Source: a virus (Duplodnaviria; Caudoviricetes). Taken from it: DNA of 58,152 nt. The DNA lies in the IMG/VR virus record IMGVR_UViG_3300042988_001268, positions 1 through 58,152 of that record; one strand, written 5' to 3'. This document shows positions 1 through 8,094 of this stretch, in pieces; the stretch's first letter is position 1; every line of letters starts with the position of its first letter. The notes beneath the pieces were generated by a model, which searched no databases, was not told the DNA's origin, and was given only the letters and a program-made list of their open reading frames with translations. A program made the translations under genes and the position numbers.

Positions 1-36
1 GTCCTTAAGCGCTTAATCCCTGCGCACCTGGCAGGT

Positions 37-43
37 AGGACCC
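37..43 (-). other. cosQ-like heptamer GGGTCCT next to palindromes at 5-16 and 26-36; possible cos region
   Basis: Minus strand reads GGGTCCT (lambda cosQ sequence), same strand as the GpA-type terminase; TTAAGCGCTTAA and ACCTG-G-CAGGT palindromes nearby. Confidence 0.35.
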
Positions 44-79
44 ACGATTTTAGCGCCCGCATCTCGAGGCGCTGAATTT

Positions 80-111
80 TTTACTTTACGTCAACGCGCG
101 CCGTATATAAG
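80..111 (+). promoter_or_regulatory. Candidate sigma70-type early promoter
   Basis: T-rich tract, TTTACT/TTTACG (-35-like) and TATATAAG (-10-like) just upstream of the first pseudoknot leader. Confidence 0.45.
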
Positions 112-120
112 GCGAGGGGC

Positions 121-167
121 AGAGGGAACGGCCGCCCCTCTCTAGCATAGGCCAACCGAACGAAAGG
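121..167 (+). ncRNA. Pseudoknot-SD leader copy 1 (weak)
   Basis: AGAGGG/CCCTCT stem, 9-nt loop AACGGCCGC, partner GGCC 150-153, GAAAGG 162-167. Confidence 0.5.
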
Positions 168-174
168 CAAGGCA

Positions 175-402
175 ATGGCCCTTAATCTCTCCACCCTCGC
201 AAATCGCGCAGTCGACTCTATCGGCTATGCCTGCGCGGCGATCCTGTTTGTGGCGGTTATCGGCTGGCTCCCGGCCGGCATGATTGGCGCCGCCCTGGAA
301 TTCGCGGGAACGCCCGAAGGGCCAGCAATGGCTATTGGCTTTGCTGCCGTGGCTGTTTGGGGTTTTGTGAAGGCGCCCGCCGCGCTTGAAGGCCTGCTTT
401 AA
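175..402 (+). CDS. Small membrane protein (2 TM)
   Basis: GAAAGG SD, two hydrophobic segments. Confidence 0.75.
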   Translation: MALNLSTLANRAVDSIGYACAAILFVAVIGWLPAGMIGAALEFAGTPEGPAMAIGFAAVAVWGFVKAPAALEGLL

Positions 403-411
403 TCCCCTACG

Positions 412-461
412 GCGCGCCGCCTGCCAATCGGCGCGCATCTCTCCCCTTGGCAATCGAAAGG
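412..461 (+). ncRNA. Pseudoknot-SD leader copy 2
   Basis: GCGCGCCG/CGGCGCGC stem, loop CCTGCCAAT, partner TTGGCA 447-452, GAAAGG 456-461. Confidence 0.7.
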
Positions 462-469
462 GCCGGATC

Positions 470-763
470 ATGGCTATTCTCGCAAAGGTATATCGCAACG
501 GCATTAGCGCCACGGCGCCCGATGCAATGGGCGCGCGCGCCGTCACGATTGAAGCGGCGCCCGCGCCTTGCTTTACTGGCACGCTAGGCAAAGCGGCCGC
601 CTATCTAGAGCGCCTGCCGATCGGTCAATCGGTTGAGGTGCGCTATTACCGGAACGGGAAGTTTGCCGGTTTGCGCTCTTGTATGAACAAGCCAGCGCTA
701 TGGGATAGCTTGCGCGATGGCGCGCGGCGCCGTTCCATCCCTAGCATTCGGGCGGCCGCCTAA
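470..763 (+). CDS. Hypothetical protein
   Basis: ATG at 470 after SD; TAATG coupling to next gene. Confidence 0.7.
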   Translation: MAILAKVYRNGISATAPDAMGARAVTIEAAPAPCFTGTLGKAAAYLERLPIGQSVEVRYYRNGKFAGLRSCMNKPALWDSLRDGARRRSIPSIRAAA

Positions 764-915
764 TGTCCGCCGCGCTTCACCTTCTCGGCGCTTGCGTCCA
801 GCCCTTTGCCATTGTGCTGGGTGCCTATGCCCTAGCAGGCATCTGCAGGGACTGGCGCCGGGCTATCCCGACAATTCGCGCAATCCGCGCGCAGCTTGAA
901 AGGTTGAATCCATGA
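763..915 (+). CDS. 50-aa hydrophobic protein (not in ORF track)
   Basis: MSAALHLLGACVQPFAIVLGAYALAG...; TAATG overlap at start and ATGA overlap at end. Confidence 0.65.
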   Translation: MSAALHLLGACVQPFAIVLGAYALAGICRDWRRAIPTIRAIRAQLERLNP

Positions 916-1139
916 ACGTCCGGATTTTCATCGGCGCCGCCGCTTATGCCTGTATTGAGGAAAGCGGCCGGAAAACTGATATTCTGCTTTCCCCTGGAAA
1001 GGGCCCGATTGCCTCGCTTCGGGAATATGCGGAAAGCGAAAGGGCTCGAGCGCTTCGGATTCTGGAAATGGCGGCTCTTGCTGATAGGGCGGCCGATTGC
1101 CTGGAAAAGGAAAAGGCCGAATCTCCCATTGCAGCATAG
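912..1139 (+). CDS. Hypothetical protein
   Basis: GAAAGG SD, ATGA overlap. Confidence 0.7.
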   Translation: MNVRIFIGAAAYACIEESGRKTDILLSPGKGPIASLREYAESERARALRILEMAALADRAADCLEKEKAESPIAA

Positions 1140-1211
1140 GCCGAAACGCGCGGCCGATGTGTCGCGCGTCGCAAGGGATTGTGCGCCCCTTGCCTGACGA
1201 TGGCAGCACAA
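1140..1211 (+). ncRNA. Type II hammerhead ribozyme with loop I pseudoknot (HH1; leader copy 3)
   Basis: GCC-GAAA-CGCGCG..CGCGCG-TC^-GCAAGGG-ATTGTGCGC-CCCTTGC-CTGACGA-T-GGC-A-GCACAA; predicted cleavage after C1170. Confidence 0.9.
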
Positions 1212-1226
1212 GCGAAGGAAAGAGCC

Positions 1227-1676
1227 ATGGATAAGATAGGGCAGGCAATCGCCCGCGCGGCAGATGGACTCGAGCGCGGCTTTTGGTGGGAAGATACGCG
1301 CGGCGATAAGCTGGCTTGCGGCTGGCTTGTGGGCGCCTGTTTTTCGCCGGGGCCCGATGGCGGATATACGGCGCGCGCTGCTTTTGGCGAATTCTGGGCG
1401 CCCGCGGAATATCGCAATGATGGCGCGCGCGTATCGGAATCAGCCGATGAAAAGGGGCAGCGCCTAGGGCGCGCGGCCGCCGTTGCTGCAATGCGCGAAT
1501 TCGCCGCTATGGCGCCGATCGATCGCGCCGCGCGCGCCGCCTATGTAGAAGATTGCCGGCGCCATCCGCTTTATAATGACGGCCGGCCGCGCCGCGCTTG
1601 GGAAGCGCTGGGCGAAATTGAGCACGAATCGTGGCGGCGCAATCCATCGCCGCGCGACTGGAGCGCTGCAGCATGA
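1227..1676 (+). CDS. Hypothetical protein
   Basis: GAAGGA SD directly after HH1. Confidence 0.75.
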   Translation: MDKIGQAIARAADGLERGFWWEDTRGDKLACGWLVGACFSPGPDGGYTARAAFGEFWAPAEYRNDGARVSESADEKGQRLGRAAAVAAMREFAAMAPIDRAARAAYVEDCRRHPLYNDGRPRRAWEALGEIEHESWRRNPSPRDWSAAA

Positions 1677-1858
1677 TCGCGCCCGCTTTCATCGCTGGCC
1701 AGCTTGTCACCGTGGCGCCGCCCATGACGCCACATTGCCGGCATAGCGGCCGGATCATCGCCCGCGCCCGCAATGGCCACGGATGGCGCGTCGAATTCGA
1801 TGCTTGGGGGATACGTTGCCGGGAGACCATGCCCGAACGGTGCATTGCACCCGCCTAG
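1673..1858 (+). CDS. Small hypothetical protein (SH3/KOW-like pattern)
   Basis: ATGA overlap; F..GQLVTV...GRII.......RVEFD pattern. Confidence 0.6.
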   Translation: MIAPAFIAGQLVTVAPPMTPHCRHSGRIIARARNGHGWRVEFDAWGIRCRETMPERCIAPA

Positions 1859-1944
1859 GGCCCTATCCCGGTTTACCGTGGCGTGCGCCTGGCTCTTGCC
1901 CGGCGCCGCCTTCCCCTATCCCGGTTTTCCGTCCGGGGAAGCGG

Positions 1945-2010
1945 AAGGCGCAAGCCTTAGCCGATCGGCATTGCCCGCGCCGATCGGACCCTATCAGGGC
2001 AAGCGAAAGG
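1945..2010 (+). ncRNA. AGGC/GCCT hairpin plus pseudoknot-SD leader copy 4
   Basis: AAGGC-GCAA-GCCTT; CCGATCGGC/GCCGATCGG stem, loop ATTGCCCGC, partner GGGCAA 1997-2002, GAAAGG. Confidence 0.75.
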
Positions 2011-2018
2011 ATAGACCA

Positions 2019-2171
2019 ATGCCGATTGACTATGCCGCGCCCATGATGCGCGATCGCTCCCGATTCCCGGCCGCCAAGGGCCGCGCCATGACGCGCCGCG
2101 CCGCGCGCCGGGAAAAGTCCGCCCGCTTGTTTCTTGCGCTGGCTTTCCCGGCCGAATTTGGGGAGCGTTGA
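2019..2171 (+). CDS. Small basic hypothetical protein
   Basis: ATG 2019 after GAAAGGA. Confidence 0.65.
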   Translation: MPIDYAAPMMRDRSRFPAAKGRAMTRRAARREKSARLFLALAFPAEFGER

Positions 2172-2174
2172 GCC

Positions 2175-2444
2175 ATGATCGATCTAGAAAAGAACGTGCC
2201 CGGCGTCGGTTGGATATTTATCCAGCCGCTTAGCCCTATCCCTATTGCAGATCGGGCCGCCTATCTTTCCGCTACCTATGGCAAGCGCGCCGCACAATTC
2301 CGGATTGTCGAGCGCGCCACTATGTCGCCAGCACGAATCCGCGCCATGGATCTAGCCGATTGGAAAGCCATCGGCCGCCCTTCCGCGCCTGTCCCTAGCG
2401 CTGCATCTGCAATCATTGCCAAATTGCGGCGGGAGCGCGGCTAA
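2175..2444 (+). CDS. Hypothetical protein
   Basis: GGGAG SD, operon context. Confidence 0.65.
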   Translation: MIDLEKNVPGVGWIFIQPLSPIPIADRAAYLSATYGKRAAQFRIVERATMSPARIRAMDLADWKAIGRPSAPVPSAASAIIAKLRRERG

Positions 2445-2620
2445 TGGGAGAGGCAACGCATATTCGCTTGCAGTACCTGCCAAGCCCTACCGCGCGCGTG
2501 TGGCGCAATTCGTCCCTGACAATGTGGGCGGCCGGCCGGGACAATATGGCGGCCACGGCCGAACGGCTGAAAGCACAAGAGGGCTGGCACGATTGGCGGA
2601 TTGTCCCGCACAATCCCTAG
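2444..2620 (+). CDS. 58-aa hypothetical protein (not in ORF track)
   Basis: TAATG coupling; MGEATHIRLQYLPSP...WRIVPHNP. Confidence 0.6.
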   Translation: MGEATHIRLQYLPSPTARVWRNSSLTMWAAGRDNMAATAERLKAQEGWHDWRIVPHNP

Positions 2621-2693
2621 CCCCTACCCGCGGCGCGCTGCAGATCGGCGCGCCGCCTATCCTGCCCCCTTCCCGGATTCACGGGGGGCGCGA

Positions 2694-2763
2694 TAGGCGC
2701 TAAGCCTAAACCCTACCGCGCGCGCCCGTCGCGGCCGGGGAACCTACCAGGGCACACGAAAGG
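2694..2763 (+). ncRNA. AGGC/GCCT hairpin plus pseudoknot-SD leader copy 5
   Basis: TAGGC-GCTAA-GCCTA; CCGCG/CGCGG stem, loop CGCGCCCGT, partner GGGCAC 2750-2755, GAAAGG. Confidence 0.7.
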
Positions 2764-2770
2764 TAAACCA

Positions 2771-4105
2771 ATGGTTACGATTACCGCGACTTATAGCCCG
2801 GAAGACAACAAACTTCGCCTTTATGCGAGCTCCCGCCTTGACGCGGAGACATTCGCGCGGGTGAAGGCCGCCGGCTTTGCATGGGCGCCCCGGCAAGAGC
2901 TTTTCGTTTCCCCCAAGTGGACGCCGGAGCGGGAAGACCTGGCAACGGAGCTTGCCGGCGATATCGAGCCGGAGGAAATGACGCTTGCGGAGCGCGCCGC
3001 CCTGAAGGCGGAGCGGCTCGAGGGCCTGGCGCACAAGCGGCACGGTGAGGCAAACGCCTTTGCCCGGCGCGCGGATGAATTGTCGCAGGCGTTCTATATG
3101 GGCCAGCCGATCCTTATCGGGCACCATTCCGAGCGGAAGGCCCGGAAGACGCAAGAGCGCATGCAGGCGGCAAGCGACAAATCCGCGAAGCTGGCCAGCG
3201 CGGCCAATTATTGGCTCTATCGCGCAACCGGGGTTGAGCACTTCGCCAACATGAAAAACAACCCCCGCGTGCGGGCAAACCGGATCAAGACCCTATTAGC
3301 GGAATTGCGGGACCTGCAGCGCACAATTAACGAGGCGCACAAGGGGCTTGAGCTTTGGGAACGGTTCGACACGCCGGAAAAAATCATGTGGGCTATCTGC
3401 AACCTGAACGGGGACGCGCTGGCCATTCCCTGGGGGACCTATAGCAAGCGCGAAGAAGTCAACACGGCCGAGCTCAAGGCGGAATGCATCGCGCGTTTGC
3501 GGGCGCGGATCGATAGCCCAAAGCGCCGCCGCTGGATCGAGCACATTCTAAACCGCCTTGCGTTCGAGCGGTCTTTGCTGGGTCCGGTGGAGCGTTACGA
3601 GGGGGAGCTAACCCCTGTCATCCTGCAGGCCTTCGCCCGGGAGCATGGCGCCGACAAGCCGAAGGCAACCGAGATTGAGCCCGGGAGCTTTGAGCTTGAA
3701 AGCGCCGTGCCGCTTCCCCTTCACCTGGCAAGCGGGCGCTGGCTTGAATTGGACGCGGAAGGCTGGCGCGATCTTATGCAGGGCGTGGGGTACGAGGTGC
3801 CCGAGAAAAAGGCCGCCCTACCGCCGATTTTGAACGTGGAAGCGGAAACGCTTTATTCCCCTTCCCGGGCATTCGGGCAGCGCGGAGAGGCGGAAGCCTG
3901 GCGCGTGGTGAAGGTTACCAAGGCGCAGCTTGACGCGGTGCACAACGACGCCCGCGGGGTCCGGCCTAGCGCTTGCGGTCAATTCCGCTTTCGCGTTGCC
4001 AGCGCCCGGCACCTGAAAATTGAGGGCGCGAATCCCTGGGAATATGTGGCGGTTTTCGTCACTGATTCCAAGGTGCACCCCATGCCGGAAAGCATGGCGG
4101 CATGA
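2771..4105 (+). CDS. DUF3560-family protein
   Basis: N-terminus TATYSPEDNKLRLYAS and GQPILIGHHSERKARK motif typical of this family. Confidence 0.8.
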   Translation: MVTITATYSPEDNKLRLYASSRLDAETFARVKAAGFAWAPRQELFVSPKWTPEREDLATELAGDIEPEEMTLAERAALKAERLEGLAHKRHGEANAFARRADELSQAFYMGQPILIGHHSERKARKTQERMQAASDKSAKLASAANYWLYRATGVEHFANMKNNPRVRANRIKTLLAELRDLQRTINEAHKGLELWERFDTPEKIMWAICNLNGDALAIPWGTYSKREEVNTAELKAECIARLRARIDSPKRRRWIEHILNRLAFERSLLGPVERYEGELTPVILQAFAREHGADKPKATEIEPGSFELESAVPLPLHLASGRWLELDAEGWRDLMQGVGYEVPEKKAALPPILNVEAETLYSPSRAFGQRGEAEAWRVVKVTKAQLDAVHNDARGVRPSACGQFRFRVASARHLKIEGANPWEYVAVFVTDSKVHPMPESMAA

Positions 4106-4704
4106 GGCCAGATTGCTATCGGATGGCCAAGCGGCCCGCGTTCCTCCCGGTCAAGCGCCGGGAGGACTTCGCCCCGGTGGAGGCAAAGGCTCCGCCGGAG
4201 ATTGTGGCAGTCGATCGCGCAACGGAATGCCACGTTACCCCGCCGGAAGTTGCGGCGCGGATGGTGCGTTACCTGGGGGAGACCTGCGACCGCCTGACCC
4301 TCGAGCCAAGCGCGGGGACAGGGAACCTAAGCCGGGCCTTGATCGAGTCCGGGCACTCGCCTTGCGAGCTTGTCCAGGTAGAGCGGCACATTCGCCTAAG
4401 CCACGGTCTCCGCCAATTCGGATCGCTGATAAACGAGTGCTTTCTAGAGTATGCGGAGCGGGCCCGGGGCAAGGTCGAATTTCCCCGCGCGATCATGAAT
4501 CCGCCGTTTTCAGAGGTGCGGAAACATATTGCGGCGGCCCGCTCGCTTATGGGCAGGCACGGGCACCCGGTGCCGCCGGTTCTTGTCGCGCTTGTGCCGG
4601 TGACATTCCAGGCGGACGGAATGGAAACGCTAGAGCATTTGCCGGCGGATACGTTCGCGCATGCCCGGGTGAACACGAAAATAATTCGGATTTACGGGGA
4701 TTGA
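4102..4704 (+). CDS. SAM-dependent (N6-adenine-type) methyltransferase
   Basis: TPPEVA, LEPSAGTGNL (motif I), MNPPF (motif IV); ATGA overlap. Confidence 0.85.
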   Translation: MRPDCYRMAKRPAFLPVKRREDFAPVEAKAPPEIVAVDRATECHVTPPEVAARMVRYLGETCDRLTLEPSAGTGNLSRALIESGHSPCELVQVERHIRLSHGLRQFGSLINECFLEYAERARGKVEFPRAIMNPPFSEVRKHIAAARSLMGRHGHPVPPVLVALVPVTFQADGMETLEHLPADTFAHARVNTKIIRIYGD

Positions 4705-4783
4705 CGGGCGGGCGGGGCTCCGGTCCCGCCTCCTACCGTGGGAGCCTGGCCCCCTACCGTGGGAAACGGGCGGGGCTTCCATG

Positions 4784-4854
4784 ATAGGCAAGAGCCTATG
4801 ACCGGCGCGGCATTGCCCGGGCGCGTCGGGGATGATGAAAGGGCGGAAGAAAGG
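4784..4854 (+). ncRNA. AGGC/GCCT hairpin plus pseudoknot-SD leader copy 6
   Basis: ATAGGC-AAGA-GCCTAT; CCGGCGCG/CGCGTCGG stem, loop ATTGCCCGG, partner GGGCGG 4841-4846, GAAAGG. Confidence 0.7.
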
Positions 4855-4864
4855 AATTGAGACA

Positions 4865-5272
4865 ATGGCAGGACTTACCTTTGCCCGCGCGCTGGAAATT
4901 ACGTGCGAGCTCGCCAGCGATAACGTGATCGATGACCCCGACATGATCGAGGAACAAGAGGAGCAGGAAGCGGCGATTGCCATGATCGAGAGCGAAGCCC
5001 CCGCCATGCTGGCGGCGCTGCGCGATCTGGTCGCCGGCAACTATGGCCAGCCGTCCGGCGTGACGGTCCCCGCGCTTGATCCTGCCCGCGCCATCCTCGC
5101 CCGGATCGACGGCACCCCTAGCGGTGAAGCCGTGGGGGCTATCGGGGATGCGCAAGCGAAGGCCGCCCGGTTGCGCGCCGATGCGCTGGCGCTGGATACC
5201 GGAATGGACCCCGCCCTAGTGCGCGAATTGCACGCGGAAGCCGATAGGATCGAAAGCGGGGGGGAGGGCTGA
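4865..5272 (+). CDS. Acidic hypothetical protein
   Basis: ATG 4865 after GAAAGGA. Confidence 0.7.
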   Translation: MAGLTFARALEITCELASDNVIDDPDMIEEQEEQEAAIAMIESEAPAMLAALRDLVAGNYGQPSGVTVPALDPARAILARIDGTPSGEAVGAIGDAQAKAARLRADALALDTGMDPALVRELHAEADRIESGGEG

Positions 5273-5275
5273 GCA

Positions 5276-5470
5276 ATGGCCGCGCACGTCATGGCGCACC
5301 GTGGCCCCGGTTCCATCTTTGGCCGCGCTTCCGCCCCGTTGAAGGGGCCGGACGGCGGACCGCTGGAATTCCCCACCCTAGCCGAAGCGCAGGCCGAAGC
5401 GGCGCGGCTCAATGCCCGCGCAACTCCGAACGTCCACTATCAGGCAGAGGAGGGCCCCCCTACCGCGTGA
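5276..5470 (+). CDS. Hypothetical protein
   Basis: GGAGG SD, operon context. Confidence 0.7.
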   Translation: MAAHVMAHRGPGSIFGRASAPLKGPDGGPLEFPTLAEAQAEAARLNARATPNVHYQAEEGPPTA

Positions 5471-5474
5471 GACA

Positions 5475-5550
5475 GGCGAAACGCGCCCCTAGCCCCGCTT
5501 GGGGGCGCGTCCGGCGGGCTTGCTCATCCCGCCGCTGATGAGCCGAGCAA
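5475..5550 (+). ncRNA. Type II hammerhead ribozyme with loop I pseudoknot (HH2; leader copy 7)
   Basis: GGC-GAAA-CGCGCCCC..GGGGCGCG-TC^-CGGCGGG-CTTGCTCAT-CCCGCCG-CTGATGA-GCC-GAGCAA; predicted cleavage after C5511. Confidence 0.93.
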
Positions 5551-5564
5551 ATGAAGGAATCGAC

Positions 5565-6161
5565 ATGCTGCAATCTGCATTGACCGCCAAGGGCACCGGC
5601 TACCACGGGAGCCCCGCAACCGCATCCTGGCCGGGGACCGAGCGTTGCACTGCGTTCGACCCGTTCGACATTCTGGCGAACCCGCTGGGCGGTGACACGG
5701 CCGCGGCGAGGGAAAGCCGGGTTTTCGCGTCCAAGTCCGGAGGGGCTGGCACGACATACGTAAGCCATGAATTCTACCTGATGCGGCGCAAGGATGCGCG
5801 GCCGGGCGATGTCGCGTTCTATGTGGCGGTGCATCACGGCGGCGGCCGGCAAGTCTGGGCGCTTTCGTCCTGCTATCACTATTCCGAGGAGACGATTGCG
5901 GCGCTCCTCGCCATGCCGGAGCGGGCGCTTTATTCGCTGCTGCATGGGATCGTGGCGGCGCTCGATGATACCAAGCGCGCCGCCGAGCGCGACACGGCGG
6001 ACGAATGGCGCCGGGCTACCGTGGGCAAGCGCGTTAAGGTTTCGCGCCAGCCGACGAAGGGCCGGGCCTTTGTCTGGATCGAACCGGAGCGGCAAGAGGG
6101 CGAGAGCGAGGCGCAACACAAGCTGCGCTGTAGCCTGGCTAAGCCGTCCGGGGTTCGCTGA
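5565..6161 (+). CDS. Hypothetical protein
   Basis: GAAGGA SD directly after HH2. Confidence 0.75.
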   Translation: MLQSALTAKGTGYHGSPATASWPGTERCTAFDPFDILANPLGGDTAAARESRVFASKSGGAGTTYVSHEFYLMRRKDARPGDVAFYVAVHHGGGRQVWALSSCYHYSEETIAALLAMPERALYSLLHGIVAALDDTKRAAERDTADEWRRATVGKRVKVSRQPTKGRAFVWIEPERQEGESEAQHKLRCSLAKPSGVR

Positions 6162-6220
6162 ACCCTACCCGCATTCACCGGCGCGGCTATCATCGCCGCA
6201 CCGAATCGGAGTGAAACAAC

Positions 6221-6505
6221 ATGACCGGAACAATCGGAATCGAATGGACGAACGGCCGCCCGCACAATGGCGCTGAAGCCGATGAGGAACGCGCGGAAGC
6301 TGCAGCCCTCGCCAGCCTGCAGCGCGCCGGGGTGACTCCTGAAGCGGCGCACGCGGCATATATGGCACAATGGCTTGAATATGACGACGAGGGGGCGATG
6401 CACGGGGACGCGCTGGCATGGATTGCCGCCCGCGATGCAGCGAATCTGGCCGCGACCGAGGGATGGCATAACCCGGACGGGGCGCACGTCTCGATCTACC
6501 TCTAA
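6221..6505 (+). CDS. Acidic hypothetical protein
   Basis: GGAG SD. Confidence 0.7.
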   Translation: MTGTIGIEWTNGRPHNGAEADEERAEAAALASLQRAGVTPEAAHAAYMAQWLEYDDEGAMHGDALAWIAARDAANLAATEGWHNPDGAHVSIYL

Positions 6506-6564
6506 CCGGCGCGGCGGCCTAGTCCGCCCGCCTTCCCTGCACCGGCCCTATCCCGGTTCATGGG

Positions 6565-6627
6565 AGGCGCACCGCCTACCGTTCCGGCTTGCCCGTCCGG
6601 AGCGCGTCAACCTGGGCGAATGAAGGG
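6565..6627 (+). ncRNA. AGGC/GCCT hairpin plus pseudoknot-SD leader copy 8
   Basis: AGGC-GCACC-GCCT; CGTTCCGG/CCGGAGCG stem, loop CTTGCCCGT, partner GGGCGA 6614-6619, GAAGGG. Confidence 0.72.
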
Positions 6628-6634
6628 AATGACC

Positions 6635-8092
6635 ATGCTTTGCGATCTTTTCAGCGTGACAACCGACATCAAGGACAAGCTGGGGAACGGAACCCGGCAG
6701 GCGAACGAAGCCGAGGCGAAAGCCTATGCCGACTTTCTGCGGCGGCGGCGCGATCTGCCCGACCTGGGCCATTGCGACCTGCACATCCTGTCAATCGGCG
6801 CTGGCCGACGCGGCGGGTTCATCTATCAGGGCGCGACGTTCGGGCGCCGGATTGCGGCCCCGCACAACATCAAGCAGCCGGGCGGGGAATTCCGGCATGT
6901 TCCGGCGGAATACGAGAACGGCGCGTTTTCCGTCATCTTCCCCGGCCACGATATGCACCGGGCCCGCGTCAAGTTCGAGGAACTGGACGAAGCCGGCGAG
7001 ACGGTGAAGGCCAGCACCCTACCAGTGGAGCCGAAAAAGGGCGGCGTGATCTGGTCGCGCGAGGACGTGCGCAAGGCCGCCGGCAAGGTGGAGAAGCCGG
7101 GCAAGGTGAAGGCCGCGCCGGCGGCGGACCCTATCCCGGTCGCGTGCGACCCGGCCCCTACCGTGGAAATGGCCACCCAGGAGCCGCAGGAGCGCGCCGA
7201 GGAGCCTCCCGCACCCCATGCCTATCCGGAGCCTGTGAAGGCGCTGAGCGAGGCCGAGGCGGGCGAGAGCGAGGCAATCGAACCTTACGATGCTATCGTA
7301 AAGTTGCCGGAGGTGGACCCCATCGCCGAACTTCTCGCCCGGGTGGAAGCGCTCGAGGCGCGGGTGGAGGCCCTACCGGCGGATATGGTGGCGCCCCCTA
7401 TCGCGGCTGCAGGACGGCCGGCGCGCACGGTGGCGCACGAGCGGGCAATTCGCCGGGCATGGGCAGAGCGGAAGGCGCGGCGGCGCTCCGATGCCATTTC
7501 GGCGGATCGCTTCAGCCAGCTTGTCGAGACGAGCGGGAAGCTGAGCACGGCGGAAAGCAATCTCCGCATGGGCCAGGCCCAGTATGACGGGCTCAAGGCG
7601 GATCTTGCCGAAGCGCGAACCCGGCTGCAGGCCAAGCAGGAATTGCTCGACGCCGAAAACGAGAACTACCGGGCTCTTGCTAGGCTGCTGGACCGGATCG
7701 CCGCCAAGCGCCGCCGCGCCGTGCTGAATGCCCGCATCCTGCAAACGCGGCTTTGGAGCGAATGCGCGCTGGTCGACCGATACCGGGGAGAGGTGAAGGC
7801 CGCCAAGGTGGAGGCGGAAGGCGCGCAGGGACGGGCGGACATGGCCCAGGCCGAGCTCGCCAGGATCAAGCGCGACATGGCGGACCCATCGCAGCCGGAA
7901 CGGGCCAACGACATCGCCCGCTTGATCCAGGAGCGGGACGCGGCGCGAACGGCGGCCGCTGCAACCGATGCCCGCAACCGGGCGCTGCAGAGCGCGGTGG
8001 ATGGGCTGGCCGACAAGTTCGAGGGCATGGTATCCCGCGTGAGCCGTGCCGAGGCGGCGATGCGTGCGGCCGGGCTGACGTTGGCGGCGTAG
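6635..8092 (+). CDS. Large hypothetical protein with Pro/Glu linker and coiled-coil C-terminus
   Basis: Long ORF, SD GAAGGGA, heptad-like C-terminal half. Confidence 0.8.
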   Translation: MLCDLFSVTTDIKDKLGNGTRQANEAEAKAYADFLRRRRDLPDLGHCDLHILSIGAGRRGGFIYQGATFGRRIAAPHNIKQPGGEFRHVPAEYENGAFSVIFPGHDMHRARVKFEELDEAGETVKASTLPVEPKKGGVIWSREDVRKAAGKVEKPGKVKAAPAADPIPVACDPAPTVEMATQEPQERAEEPPAPHAYPEPVKALSEAEAGESEAIEPYDAIVKLPEVDPIAELLARVEALEARVEALPADMVAPPIAAAGRPARTVAHERAIRRAWAERKARRRSDAISADRFSQLVETSGKLSTAESNLRMGQAQYDGLKADLAEARTRLQAKQELLDAENENYRALARLLDRIAAKRRRAVLNARILQTRLWSECALVDRYRGEVKAAKVEAEGAQGRADMAQAELARIKRDMADPSQPERANDIARLIQERDAARTAAAATDARNRALQSAVDGLADKFEGMVSRVSRAEAAMRAAGLTLAA

Positions 8093-8094
8093 GG

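Noticed and set aside
4763-4840. Third hammerhead (GAAAC at 4763, ATGATGA at 4832)
   Set aside because: Core C3 missing and no stem III/UH or stem II can be formed; at most a relic
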